64,000 nt of DNA from Candidatus Bathyarchaeota archaeon (GTDB lineage Archaea > Thermoproteota > Bathyarchaeia > Bathyarchaeales > Bathycorpusculaceae): NCBI GenBank assembly GCA_963828195.1, contig CAWHDT010000001.1, positions 352,001-416,000 on the forward strand. Direction: 5' to 3'. The stretch's first letter is position 1. The number at the start of each line of letters is the position of its first letter. This document shows positions 29,942 to 40,359 of the stretch, piece by piece. A model generated the notes under the pieces. The model ran no database searches. It had not been told where the DNA came from and saw nothing but the letters and a program-made list of their open reading frames with translations. Both the position numbers and the translations under genes were made by a program.

Positions 29942-32900
29942 ATGAGAAGGCTGTCCAAAGTAAATGCCCTGTTAGCGCTTGCTATGACATTTATCATACT
30001 TTTTTCAAGCATTAACTTGGAAGGAGCATTAACCTTGACCCACAAAACGGTTTTGCCACCCCAAACAGCAAACATTATGACCTCTGTTGCTTCTTATACC
30101 TTCACGATAACTGGAGCCCCGTCTTCAGCGATTGCCGGTCAAAGCTTCAGCGGCATAACAGTAACCGTCTATAACTCCAATGACAAAGTTGCAACCGGCT
30201 TCAAAGGATGCGTTTATTTCACATCAACCGATCCTAAAGCAACCTTGCCATACACGGCTCAATGCGAATACACTTTTACAACTGGTAGCAAGGGCGATAA
30301 AGGGGTTCACACTTTTTCAGGTTTTAACCTAGTGACTGCTGGCTCCCAAACCATAACGGTAACCGACGTGTCAAGCTCCGCAACCACAGGAGCAATAACA
30401 GTAAACGATGCTTCTCCTGTCAGTATTGCAATTTCTCCGGGAACCGCAACAGTTACTGCAGGGTCAAAGCAAACATACACAGCGACAGCCGAAGACTCCT
30501 ACGGTAACCCATGGAACATAACATCATTAGCAACTTGGGGCATAAGCACTGGCGCCGGCGGTTTATGGTCAGGGAACGCCTATACTTCCGCTAAAAACGG
30601 AACTTGGACTGTTACCGGCAGCTACTCAAGTTTATACGCCTACGCGTCCCTGACCGTAAATCCTTCATCAGCCACAAGCATTACGCTGTCTCCTCAGTCG
30701 GCGACGATTGTTGCTGGTTCTTCGGAGGCTTTTACGGCTACTGCAAGCGATAACTATGGCAATACCTGGGTCGTATCTGGTTCAACGGGTTGGGGTATAA
30801 GCTCAGGTGCCGGGGGATTATGGACTAACAACGTATATTCTTCCCAGAAGGCAGGACTTTGGACGGTCACAGGCACTTTTGGAACTTTATCTGCCTCAGC
30901 CTCTTTAAACGTTACCCATGGTTCAGCTTTCAACATTACAGTATTTCCGCAATCAGCAACAATTGCTGCTGGTTCTCCGCAAGCTTTTACGGCTACCGCA
31001 AACGATAATTTCGGTAACACTTGGGATGTCACTAATTCAACAACTTGGAGTATAAGCTCTGGTGCTGGCGGTTCATTTTCCTCTGGTAACTACACTTCCG
31101 CCATTGTGGGAATTTGGAACGTAACAGGTACCTATAGCGGGCTATCTAACTCCGCAACCTTAACGGTTGGTTACTGTCTCACATTTAAAATCGCAATCAC
31201 CCCACAAACTTCGACTTTAACAGCTGGCGCTTCAGAAGCATTCACGGCAACTGCATCCGACATTTACGGCAACGTATGGGACGTAACCTCTTCAACCGAT
31301 TGGACCATTAGTGGCGGTGCCGGCGGCTTATGGTCGGGGAACACCTATACTTCATCAACATCTGGCACCTGGACCGTCACAGGTACGTATAAAGAAATTT
31401 CGGATTCAGCTACCCTGACGGTTAATAACGGTTCGCCGATCAAAATCGTCATCGGAACGGCAAATGGCTCAGTTACAGCCGGATCAAACGTAACCTTCAC
31501 GTGCACTGCAATAGATAGTTGCGGCAATGAATGGGATGTTTCTACTTTAACATCATGGAGTATAAACAGCTCTGCTCGCGGTACATGGTCTGCCAACATC
31601 TACACTTCAGCCACAGCCGGTACCTGGACAGTAACGGGCACGTTCGGAACACTATTCAATACATACTCATTAACAGTCATTCACTCATCGCCCGTCAGCA
31701 TCATACTCTCCCCTCAAACTTCAACTCTAACAGCCGGCTCTTCAGAAACTTTCACAGCTACTGCCAGCGATAACTACAGTAACAATTGGGACGTTTCTGG
31801 CGCCACTGTTTGGAATATATCTTCAGGCGCAAATGGTTTATGGTCTGGCGACGTTTACACTGCAGCTAAGGCGAATGCATGGATTGTGACCGGCATATTC
31901 GACGGGCTATCAGGCACATCGTCCTTAACGGTTACTCATGGGTCTGCGACTTCGATACTGGCAAGCCCAAAAACATCAACTATCACGGCGGGGACAACTC
32001 AAACTTTTATTACCACAGCATTCGACAACTTTGGAAACAGCTGGGATGCAACATCATCAGCGACGTTTCAAGTAGACCCACAGGCAAGTGGTTCATTATC
32101 CGGCAATATCTATAGCTCCTGTAACGCTGGAACATGGACTGTAAACGCAGAAAGCTTAGGCTTAACTGATACAGCCTCATTAACAGTTACCCATTCATCA
32201 CCAACCAGCATTGACGTTGATCCGGATTCTGCTTCAATAACCGCAGGTCAAACCCAAAATTACAATGCGACCGCGTCGGATGCCTATGGTAATGTTTGGG
32301 ATGTTACGAGCTTAACCGCATGGAATGTGAATTCTAGCGCGGGTGGCAGTTGGTCTAACAATATTTATACATCTGCTCTTTCAGGAAGCTGGGCTGTCAC
32401 TGGTACCTACGACAATCTTTCCGATTATGCCTCCTTAACCGTAAATCATGCTTCAGCAGTCAGCGTTGCTGTCTCCCCTCACTCGGTAATAATGAATTCA
32501 GCCTCCACGGAAGCATTCACCGCTACAGCCTCAGACCAATATGGAAACCAATGGGATGTTAGTAATTCGGCAAGCTGGAATGTAAGTTCAGGTGCTGGAG
32601 GCTCATGGACCGGTAGCACTTATACTTCCGCCAATGTTGGTAATTGGGCAGTCACGGCAAAAGTCAGTGGTCTATACGGCACTGCAAACCTAACTGTCAA
32701 CCATGGAACTGCACTTAAAATCACAATAACTCCAAGCTCAAATTCAATTACTGCAGGCCAAACCCAAACTTTTACCGCAACTGCATCCGATTCTAACGGC
32801 AACAATTGGGACATAACCAACTCTACAACATGGAGCATCGATTCAAACGCTGGTGGTTCCTGGTTTGGAAACACTTACACTTCGAACAAAGCCGGAACAT

Positions 32901-34192
32901 GGATTGTAACTGGCACATACTCAGGTTCCTCCAGTACTACTTCCTTAACTGTAAATGACGGAGCCGCCGTCAGCATCAACGTGGGTCCATCCTCACCTAA
33001 TGTAATAGCTGGCTTTCCTCAAACCTTTACAGCTACAGCTACCGACTCTTGCGGTAACACATGGGACGTAACCAGCTCAACAGTCTGGACTATAGATGAC
33101 GGCGCAAGCGGCACCTGGACAGGAAACACATGCACCCCCGAATTATCAGGAACATGGAACGTCACAGGTACCTTCAACGGGGTGTCCAAGTCAGTTTTCC
33201 TGACAGTAAATCATAGCACCGTAACAAGCATTCAGATTAACCCTTATGGCGCTTCAGTTACAGCTGGAACGAATGAGACCTTCACAGCCACAGCATTTGA
33301 CAGTTTTGGCAATTCTTGGGACGTTACCAGTTCAACAATCTGGGACATTAACTCGGGCGCTGGTGGCTCTTGGTTTGGCAACGTTTACACCGCAGCTGAA
33401 GCAGGAACCTGGAATATTACCGCAGCCGTTGACAACTTGCAATTCACAGCAACAATGATAGTCAGTCACGGTTCAACCGCCTCAATTGCCCTATCACCAA
33501 AAACGCAAACAATCAACTCAGGTTCCAGCCAAGCGTTCACGGCAACAGCTTACGATTCTTGCGGTAACTCTTGGGATGTAACTAACTTAACAATGTGGAA
33601 CATTGATGCAAATGCTGGTGGATCTTGGTCCAATAACGTTTACACTTGTGGCAAAGTGGGAAGTTGGACAGTTACAGGAACACTTAACTCCTTATCAGAC
33701 ACAGCAATATTAACCGTCAACCACGGTTCTCTATTTAACATTACAGTAAGCCCCGCTAACGTTTCAATTACCGCTGGCGCAAACCAAACCTATACCGCCA
33801 CAGCATCGGATTCTAGCGGAAACACATGGGATGTTACAACCTTAGTAGCTTGGCTTGCCACTGCGGGGGCTGGAGGTAATTGGACAGGGAACATCTATAC
33901 ATCTTCGAATCCAGGCACTTGGATAATAACAGGCACATTAACAGGTGTATCAGGGGCAGCCGTATTGGCGGTCAATAGTTCTGCTCAAGCACCGTCGTAT
34001 TCATGGTTGGATCTCAACCATGACGGCGTCGTCAACATAGCAGACATCCTTTACTTCCTTAACGCCTACCAAAACTTCGGAAGCAAAGGCATTTGCGACC
34101 CAACCTGCGATTTCAACCATGACTGCCAAATAAACTTCGAGGACCTAGTAATCTTCATAATGGCTTACATAGCATATCAAGAAACAGCTTAA
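29942..34192 (+). CDS. Large secreted protein: N-terminal Ig-like domain, 14 tandem Big_2-like repeats, C-terminal dockerin
   Basis: 14 repeats of ~85 aa, consensus I.ISP....TAG....FTATA.D..GN.WDVT....W.I...AGG.W..N.YT....G.W.VTG; DLNHDGVVNIADI / DFNHDCQINFEDL. Confidence 0.9.
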   Translation: MRRLSKVNALLALAMTFIILFSSINLEGALTLTHKTVLPPQTANIMTSVASYTFTITGAPSSAIAGQSFSGITVTVYNSNDKVATGFKGCVYFTSTDPKATLPYTAQCEYTFTTGSKGDKGVHTFSGFNLVTAGSQTITVTDVSSSATTGAITVNDASPVSIAISPGTATVTAGSKQTYTATAEDSYGNPWNITSLATWGISTGAGGLWSGNAYTSAKNGTWTVTGSYSSLYAYASLTVNPSSATSITLSPQSATIVAGSSEAFTATASDNYGNTWVVSGSTGWGISSGAGGLWTNNVYSSQKAGLWTVTGTFGTLSASASLNVTHGSAFNITVFPQSATIAAGSPQAFTATANDNFGNTWDVTNSTTWSISSGAGGSFSSGNYTSAIVGIWNVTGTYSGLSNSATLTVGYCLTFKIAITPQTSTLTAGASEAFTATASDIYGNVWDVTSSTDWTISGGAGGLWSGNTYTSSTSGTWTVTGTYKEISDSATLTVNNGSPIKIVIGTANGSVTAGSNVTFTCTAIDSCGNEWDVSTLTSWSINSSARGTWSANIYTSATAGTWTVTGTFGTLFNTYSLTVIHSSPVSIILSPQTSTLTAGSSETFTATASDNYSNNWDVSGATVWNISSGANGLWSGDVYTAAKANAWIVTGIFDGLSGTSSLTVTHGSATSILASPKTSTITAGTTQTFITTAFDNFGNSWDATSSATFQVDPQASGSLSGNIYSSCNAGTWTVNAESLGLTDTASLTVTHSSPTSIDVDPDSASITAGQTQNYNATASDAYGNVWDVTSLTAWNVNSSAGGSWSNNIYTSALSGSWAVTGTYDNLSDYASLTVNHASAVSVAVSPHSVIMNSASTEAFTATASDQYGNQWDVSNSASWNVSSGAGGSWTGSTYTSANVGNWAVTAKVSGLYGTANLTVNHGTALKITITPSSNSITAGQTQTFTATASDSNGNNWDITNSTTWSIDSNAGGSWFGNTYTSNKAGTWIVTGTYSGSSSTTSLTVNDGAAVSINVGPSSPNVIAGFPQTFTATATDSCGNTWDVTSSTVWTIDDGASGTWTGNTCTPELSGTWNVTGTFNGVSKSVFLTVNHSTVTSIQINPYGASVTAGTNETFTATAFDSFGNSWDVTSSTIWDINSGAGGSWFGNVYTAAEAGTWNITAAVDNLQFTATMIVSHGSTASIALSPKTQTINSGSSQAFTATAYDSCGNSWDVTNLTMWNIDANAGGSWSNNVYTCGKVGSWTVTGTLNSLSDTAILTVNHGSLFNITVSPANVSITAGANQTYTATASDSSGNTWDVTTLVAWLATAGAGGNWTGNIYTSSNPGTWIITGTLTGVSGAAVLAVNSSAQAPSYSWLDLNHDGVVNIADILYFLNAYQNFGSKGICDPTCDFNHDCQINFEDLVIFIMAYIAYQETA

Positions 34193-34483
34193 ACGAAAAC
34201 TAATCTCTACTCAAATTCAAATTTGGCGGTCGGATAGTAAAAAATTAACTGGAAAAATCAAATGAGCTCAAAATAAGTAACCCAGCCGGCTCTTAAGTCA
34301 TCAATTGCTTTAATGAAGGAGGAAAAAGAGAAATCAAAAAAAGGATTTTGAATCTACTGCTGACCGTCTGGTCCTACTTTATAGTAATTTCGTCGGTTAA
34401 GCTTACGCTCGTTGAAGCGAACAATTCAACTTCCACTTCATTAATAGAACTTTTTTTTAATATTCTATGGCCAGGTATACTAA

Positions 34484-36736
34484 ATGAATAGAGCTACAAG
34501 TAACGGTGTAAGTATCATTGTAATTATGCTGATCTCTTTCTTCGGTGCATCTTTCATCGCATCAGCACACGCTTCGAATATCGAAAATAATTCTTCACTG
34601 ATTGGGAGTCTAGAGTCAGTCATTAACTCAGTCAATTACACTAGCGACATAGAGGCTACATACCAAGGAATGATGGTTGGGAAAACATCAATGCAGCAGT
34701 TGATAAACGCTTATAATTCACTGACCACGGCGACTGGATTTGGCGGGAGCGGCGAGGACGGTTTGCAGTATGCCACAGAAGTTTTGCAGTGGACGCCTAT
34801 AATGCAAAAGTTAGGTTACGAAAACCAAACCACTATAGAGTGGGCGTTAAACAGCCAAGTAATGATGAGCGACGGTTTGCCTTATTGCTATAACGACGGC
34901 GCGACTGAGGCGTTTCTCGTTTATGACAGGTACCTGATTTTAGCCTACGGTTACGCGATCCAGTACAATTACGAGTTAAACAAATGGAATTTGACGGAAG
35001 CATACAACAGCTTCAAAGCGGGCGTCACTGAAAGCGCGGCGCCCGCACTTTTATGGTTAGATTCTACTGGTGCACCATTCACGATATCTTATGGACCTAG
35101 ATATTATGACGAATGCGGTGAAACTATTGACTGCTTCTTAGATTTCTTCAGTTTAGGTATACCCACGGCACTTAATGACGCGATGGCTACTTGGCTTTGG
35201 ACAAACAGTAACCTTTGGAGCGGAACAAACTACAACTATGCTTTGAACTGGCCTGGTTACGAATGCGAAGCAGGAGGTTTCCTGCAGATAGCGCTAAAAC
35301 TATTGTCTGATAACAGTTCAATGCCTGACACTTCTAACTTGTTATGCGATATTGAAAATAGGTTTCTTGCAGAACAATTTTCTAGTCCGCAGTGGTTGGA
35401 CGGTGTAGTTTGTCATATGGCTGCAAACAATCCACAGCTTAGGCTTGAAAACACGGTTATGGCTTGGGCAGCGATACTTGGAAGCTACGGAGAACTAACC
35501 AGCATATATCAAATTGACGTGCAAGACATGCTGATGGGAACCGGCGGAACAGCGACGCCGGCGTGGCAGCAGCTTCTGCAAAGCTCTCTCTGTGCGGCTC
35601 TAACTTTCCATATTTGCTTGAGCACTCTGACGATTCTGGACCAGGCAACGACTCTACAGCTACAGGAGCCGACTTACTGTTCATGCCTAGGGATTGTTCC
35701 GCAAACCGCAACCCTCGCTGTGCCTTTAGAGGAAAATTCATACGAGGACATCCAAAGCCTATTTGACCCTGACCTCTTCAACATAAACTTAACCGCCGAC
35801 GTCGTCAACGTGTCCTTAGCTACAGCGGGAACTTTAGATTTTCAATTCAACCAGACAGTTAAGTGCAGCTTCAGCAGCCCAGGAGTCTACAGTGTTCAGT
35901 TCTCGCCTGATTGGAACACTATATTGAATATTACTTTCCTATCAGCACTGCCATCGAACAGAGTGTTCATGTACTCTGCGATGCAACTAGCACTCCAGGC
36001 AAATTACGTAATTATTTCTTCTACTGATCCTAACTCACTTATCAGTCCCTCAGGTAATGTTACGGTGAATGCAAACTCTTCGCAAACATTCACGTATTCA
36101 GCAAATGCTGGTTGCACTTTAGCAAGTGTTCTCGTGGATGGCTCTTCAGTTCCAATAACCGGCAGCTACACTTTCAACAATGTTCAAACAAACCACACAA
36201 TTTCCGTAACAAGCACTGTAAACGGCGCATTGAATCCAATTCAAATAACTAACATGCAACTCCCACCTATAGCAACACAAACAGGATTCATGATGCCAAT
36301 TAATGTAACATTAACTAATCCAGACTCATTATCTGAAACTGGCAATATTCAATTATCTGCCAATTCAATCTTATTATTTAGCACTAATGTTACACTGAAT
36401 GCTTTACAAACTGAAACAATTCCATGCTACTTTAATACAAGCCTCTTAGCTGTTGGAAACTACACTTGTTCAGTCAAGTTAAATACGACAAGCCTATCTG
36501 CGCAAAGCACAGAAGCCGCAGCGGTGCAAATTGGAGTAACTTATCCAGGCGACTTGAACGGAGACTTCAAGGTTGATTTCAACGACCTAATTATTTTTGT
36601 CTCTGGCTACATTGTTTTTAACACCAATGGTGTCTATACTCCTGCAGTAGATTATAACCAGGATGGCAGAATTAACTTCAACGACCTGAAGCTTTTTGTG
36701 CAGTATTACATAACACGCTCCGTAAACAGATCATAA
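34484..36736 (+). CDS. Secreted putative (alpha/alpha)-barrel enzyme (GH76-like), InlB-B-like repeat, CARDB-like domain, dockerin
   Basis: Helical aromatic-rich domain with PRYYDE; ISPSGNVTV...QTFT...VLVDG...YTFNNV..NHTI; GDLNGDFKVDFNDL / DYNQDGRINFNDL. Apparent internal paired frameshift (see findings). Confidence 0.7.
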   Translation: MNRATSNGVSIIVIMLISFFGASFIASAHASNIENNSSLIGSLESVINSVNYTSDIEATYQGMMVGKTSMQQLINAYNSLTTATGFGGSGEDGLQYATEVLQWTPIMQKLGYENQTTIEWALNSQVMMSDGLPYCYNDGATEAFLVYDRYLILAYGYAIQYNYELNKWNLTEAYNSFKAGVTESAAPALLWLDSTGAPFTISYGPRYYDECGETIDCFLDFFSLGIPTALNDAMATWLWTNSNLWSGTNYNYALNWPGYECEAGGFLQIALKLLSDNSSMPDTSNLLCDIENRFLAEQFSSPQWLDGVVCHMAANNPQLRLENTVMAWAAILGSYGELTSIYQIDVQDMLMGTGGTATPAWQQLLQSSLCAALTFHICLSTLTILDQATTLQLQEPTYCSCLGIVPQTATLAVPLEENSYEDIQSLFDPDLFNINLTADVVNVSLATAGTLDFQFNQTVKCSFSSPGVYSVQFSPDWNTILNITFLSALPSNRVFMYSAMQLALQANYVIISSTDPNSLISPSGNVTVNANSSQTFTYSANAGCTLASVLVDGSSVPITGSYTFNNVQTNHTISVTSTVNGALNPIQITNMQLPPIATQTGFMMPINVTLTNPDSLSETGNIQLSANSILLFSTNVTLNALQTETIPCYFNTSLLAVGNYTCSVKLNTTSLSAQSTEAAAVQIGVTYPGDLNGDFKVDFNDLIIFVSGYIVFNTNGVYTPAVDYNQDGRINFNDLKLFVQYYITRSVNRS

Positions 36737-36836
36737 CAACCCATATCCCGCGACGTCGAGGTCGTCACCGCAAATTGATAGTCTTGATCAAATTGATTTT
36801 CAAAAATGAACCCTTATCTGCTTCGAAGATCGCTCA

Positions 36837-37400
36837 TTAGCTAGATGATAATTTAACGTTGATTACTTTCTCAGGGACTGTTTGTGAGTCAAACTTTAAT
36901 AAAATAAAATAAAACAAAATTCCATTTAAGATTAACCCTGTAATTGACGCGGGTGAACCCATTATTCCGGAAAGGAGAAATTGAATAAATTGGAAGCAAG
37001 CGGCTAAGGCAAATATCATCAATGCGGCTAAGCGGGCAAAGTTGTGCCTGACCCAAAGCCCTAAGCCTACGAGAAGAAGGTCTAATCCAATAAACCATGA
37101 AATTAATCCAATAATTGAAACACTTGTATTAGTAAGACTGCCCATGCCAAAGGGAACCCCGGGTACCCAACTTATGGCTGATGCAACTGAGTTGATTGCT
37201 GAGCTTGTTTGTTGAACCTGATTTGCATCAGTTATCATTAAGTAAAGTCCACCGACGATTAAAACCACCCCAAATGTGATAACTAATTTGGTAACCAGAT
37301 CCGTGATAAAGCTGAAATTTGATAAATATTTTCTAACTTTATTTATTGAATCAGTAATTGGAAAAAAATAATTGTTTAATTCTTTCTGCATTTCTTTCAC
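36837..37400 (-). CDS. Integral membrane protein (about 4 TM), translationally coupled to phoU
   Basis: GTGA overlap with the phoU stop; hydrophobic helices; GLGLWVRHNFAR. Confidence 0.8.
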   Translation of the reverse strand: MKEMQKELNNYFFPITDSINKVRKYLSNFSFITDLVTKLVITFGVVLIVGGLYLMITDANQVQQTSSAINSVASAISWVPGVPFGMGSLTNTSVSIIGLISWFIGLDLLLVGLGLWVRHNFARLAALMIFALAACFQFIQFLLSGIMGSPASITGLILNGILFYFILLKFDSQTVPEKVINVKLSSS

Positions 37401-38452
37401 ACAAGTATTGAATCCACAGTCAAGTTAAGTACAATTTCGGCGATGTCACAAGCGTACTCAGCAGTTCTCCTGATGCTTTCAATGATTAAACGTGAAGTGG
37501 CACCGTCTTCAGGGTCCATTTGCGATGATTCAACCGCTTCTTTTTCTAAGGCGGCAATTCCTTTAATACTCTCTACAATATTTTCAGCTGAGTTGTAGTC
37601 TTGCTTAAAAAGTGATTCCATCGCGGTATCAAACATTTTAATGGCAACACAGCTCATGTTCCCAATTTTTTCTAAGGTGACATTATTCAAATTGTGTTTG
37701 AGTGCTAACACGTTCTCGGCAATATTGACAGCGTGGTCAGCGGTTCGTTCCACCGACTTAATTACCAGACGGTAACCTAAGCAGTCTTTGCCACTTGAAA
37801 GACCAATTTCCTTGGTTATTCGCGGGTTCTGTATCGCTGCTCTCAACAATCTAGTAACGTAAAGATTAAATCGATCCACCTCATTGTCAGTTGACATTAC
37901 CTCTTTTGCCAACAATTTGTCGCCTGCTGTAAGACCAAGTATTGCATCTTTATGCATTGACGTTGTGATAATGCTCATCCTTCTCAAAGCACTTTGAATA
38001 GTCAATTCGGGGTAGCTTAAAAGAACTTGCAATATTAATTGGGAGGACGTGTCAGTCACGATTTCAGTTCCAACAAGCATCCTCCGAACAAAACCCTTCA
38101 TATCGTGCCTTTGCCTTGTAGATAACTGTTGTTTTTCAGATTTAACGTGGATTGAATTATACCCAGCTAAATAAGCGGAAACGATCTTTCTTATGATCAT
38201 GTCAGTTTCATCATCTGCAGAAACTATAATCACCGCTTCGTCCAGCCTTCGCTGCACTGCAGGATTCGGAGGAACAATTGTTAACAACCCCCCATCTTCT
38301 GCACGGAGTTTAATAAAACTCCCCTTTTTTAATTGATTTTCAACAATCCACCTTTTGGGTAGCGATATAATGTACGTAGACCCCCCAGTAAATTGCACTT
38401 TTCTAGTTTCTTCGTCAAATTTTGCCTGCCACAAACTCAACCCTTCTCCCAA
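37397..38452 (-). CDS. phoU: Archaeal phosphate uptake regulator: AbrB/SpoVT DNA-binding domain + PhoU domains
   Basis: RKVQFTGGSTYIISLPKRW; DNEVDRF; ERTADHAVNIA; RRTAEYACDIAE. Confidence 0.9.
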   Translation of the reverse strand: MGEGLSLWQAKFDEETRKVQFTGGSTYIISLPKRWIVENQLKKGSFIKLRAEDGGLLTIVPPNPAVQRRLDEAVIIVSADDETDMIIRKIVSAYLAGYNSIHVKSEKQQLSTRQRHDMKGFVRRMLVGTEIVTDTSSQLILQVLLSYPELTIQSALRRMSIITTSMHKDAILGLTAGDKLLAKEVMSTDNEVDRFNLYVTRLLRAAIQNPRITKEIGLSSGKDCLGYRLVIKSVERTADHAVNIAENVLALKHNLNNVTLEKIGNMSCVAIKMFDTAMESLFKQDYNSAENIVESIKGIAALEKEAVESSQMDPEDGATSRLIIESIRRTAEYACDIAEIVLNLTVDSILV

Positions 38453-38676
38453 TGACCGCTAGCTTCTATATGTTGCCCTATTGAGCAACGTAATAAATCC
38501 CTTGTCTAAAGAGATTATATATAAAATCATAGTTTATGACGGCTATTTAGGAAACCAATATAACCCAAAGTTCCCACACATCCACAAAGACGGCATAGGA
38601 GAAATCACCATCTTTGCTTACGACACTATTCTACAAAACTCCACAAAAAATAATTACCAGACCGTAGGGGAAAAAT

Positions 38677-39429
38677 TTGGGAAAAGTTGAAACCCGAAAG
38701 TTTAATCTCTGGTTTAAAAGTAATCACGTACTAAAAGATGTAGATTTCAAAGTTCAAGAAAGAGCCGTTACCGCCATTATGGGTCCTTCTGGATGTGGTA
38801 AATCAACACTTTTAAGGTCAATTAATCGAATGAATGATCTCATTATTGGTTGCCGCACGCAAGGAGAGATAATATTTGATGGACAAAACGTCTATGCCGA
38901 TGGCAGCAACGTTTATGATTTGAGGCGTAGAATAGGAATGGTTTTTCAAAAGCCTAATCCTTTTCCCAAGTCCATATTCGAAAATGTTGCTTTCGGTCCA
39001 CATATTCATAATACCGCGAAGGGTGAAAAGCTCAACGAGGTTGTTGAAAAAAGTCTTAGAGGCGCGGCGTTATGGGACGAAGTGAAAGATCGCTTAAATG
39101 AAAGCGCTCTTTCCCTTTCAGGAGGCCAACAACAAAGGCTTTGCATAGCACGCGCTTTGGCGGTAGAACCTGAACTGATTCTGATGGATGAACCCTGCAG
39201 CGCTTTAGATCCGGCTGCAACATCTCGCATCGAATCTCTAGTTAGAGTTCTCAAAGAGAAATACACAGTCATTATTGTTACTCACAACCTGCAACAAGCA
39301 ATGAGGGTTTCGGAATATACTGCTTTCATGTATGTAGGTGAACTAGTAGAGTTTAATGACACCAAAACTCTTTTTGAGAAGCCAAGAAGTGAGTTAACTG
39401 CAAATTACATAGGTGGCAAATTCGGATAA
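38677..39429 (+). CDS. pstB: Phosphate ABC transporter ATPase PstB
   Basis: [56 protein letters not shown]. Confidence 0.97.
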   Translation: MGKVETRKFNLWFKSNHVLKDVDFKVQERAVTAIMGPSGCGKSTLLRSINRMNDLIIGCRTQGEIIFDGQNVYADGSNVYDLRRRIGMVFQKPNPFPKSIFENVAFGPHIHNTAKGEKLNEVVEKSLRGAALWDEVKDRLNESALSLSGGQQQRLCIARALAVEPELILMDEPCSALDPAATSRIESLVRVLKEKYTVIIVTHNLQQAMRVSEYTAFMYVGELVEFNDTKTLFEKPRSELTANYIGGKFG

Positions 39430-39501
39430 TCTGCACCATTAACTGATTCGCTGAAAATTTTTTGGAATTACTAAAAATAGCTGGAAAACATTGGTATTTT
39501 T

Positions 39502-40359
39502 TCAGCTATTTTTAGCTAACCTATTTTTTCTTCTGTTCAGAAATACGAGTGACAATATGATTACGCCCAAGACAGCGATTATTGCTACAATAACCAAATA
39601 GTTTCCAAGAGGTTTTCCAATTGACGAAGCAGAATTAGAAGGCGTTATTGTAGATGTTGGAGTTGGCGCAGGTGTTGTGCTTGGCGCAGGCGTTGTGGTT
39701 GCTGTAGACGAAATTATGTTGCTGCTATTTGGAACGAACAAGGGTTGTATAGTGCAGCTGTTTGTGGCAACATTGTATGCAAGCGGGTTATCACTGAAAG
39801 CATTGGGTACTGATGCAGAAACAATCCAATAGAGAAATCTGAAGCCATTATCGGGGTTGGCTGTGAAGTTAACAATTGTACCAATATTATACGTTAGTGT
39901 TCCTGCGGCTGGGGTTGTTGTTCCACCTACTGAAGTCAAAATGTTGACAGTTGCTGATCCAGTTTGACTATATGTGGAGGATGTGGCGTTGCTAGTTGGG
40001 ATGAACATTGCCTGTATAGTGATGCTGTTTGTTGTTATGTTGTATACGAGTGGGTTAATAGTGTATGTGTAAGCACCCGATGCAGAGGAAACTATCCAAT
40101 AAAGGAGCTCAAAATCCCCCGTAGGGGTCGCTGTAAAGGTGGCATTATTGTCGATTGAATAATTAGTATAGTTTCCTGCTGCTGGAGTTGTTGTTCCGCC
40201 TATTGAGGTCAAGAGTTCGATAGTGGTCATGCTGTTTGGTGTGGACGTTGGTTTTGACGAGGGAATTGGCGAAGATGATGCTGAAGTAGGATTGGCAAAT
40301 GCAGCAAAAGAAGCTAAAGTCAAGACCACAAGAATTACAAAAGCTATAGTTTTTTTCAA
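39502..40359 (-). CDS. Surface protein with two InlB-B/Listeria-Bacteroides-like repeats and a C-terminal TM
   Basis: Two TS.GGTTTPAAG...FTA.P...F.LLYWIVS repeats; P/T linker; TM + RRK. Confidence 0.8.
   Translation of the reverse strand: MKKTIAFVILVVLTLASFAAFANPTSASSSPIPSSKPTSTPNSMTTIELLTSIGGTTTPAAGNYTNYSIDNNATFTATPTGDFELLYWIVSSASGAYTYTINPLVYNITTNSITIQAMFIPTSNATSSTYSQTGSATVNILTSVGGTTTPAAGTLTYNIGTIVNFTANPDNGFRFLYWIVSASVPNAFSDNPLAYNVATNSCTIQPLFVPNSSNIISSTATTTPAPSTTPAPTPTSTITPSNSASSIGKPLGNYLVIVAIIAVLGVIILSLVFLNRRKNRLAKNS

Noticed and set aside
30400-33980. Periodic repeats as a CRISPR array or DGR template/variable pair
   Set aside because: They are in-frame ~255-bp protein repeats with synonymous divergence; there are no spacers, cas genes or reverse transcriptase.
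746-36000. Many 60-190-aa antisense or alternate-frame ORFs (e.g. 11234..11797, 16476..17045, 21169..21540)
   Set aside because: They are shadows of well-supported genes; only 35563..35766 was kept, as frameshift evidence.
13739-36736. A true cellulose-degrading cellulosome
   Set aside because: No recognisable GH5/GH9/GH48 or CBM3; at most two cohesins per protein; only one enzyme-like cargo.
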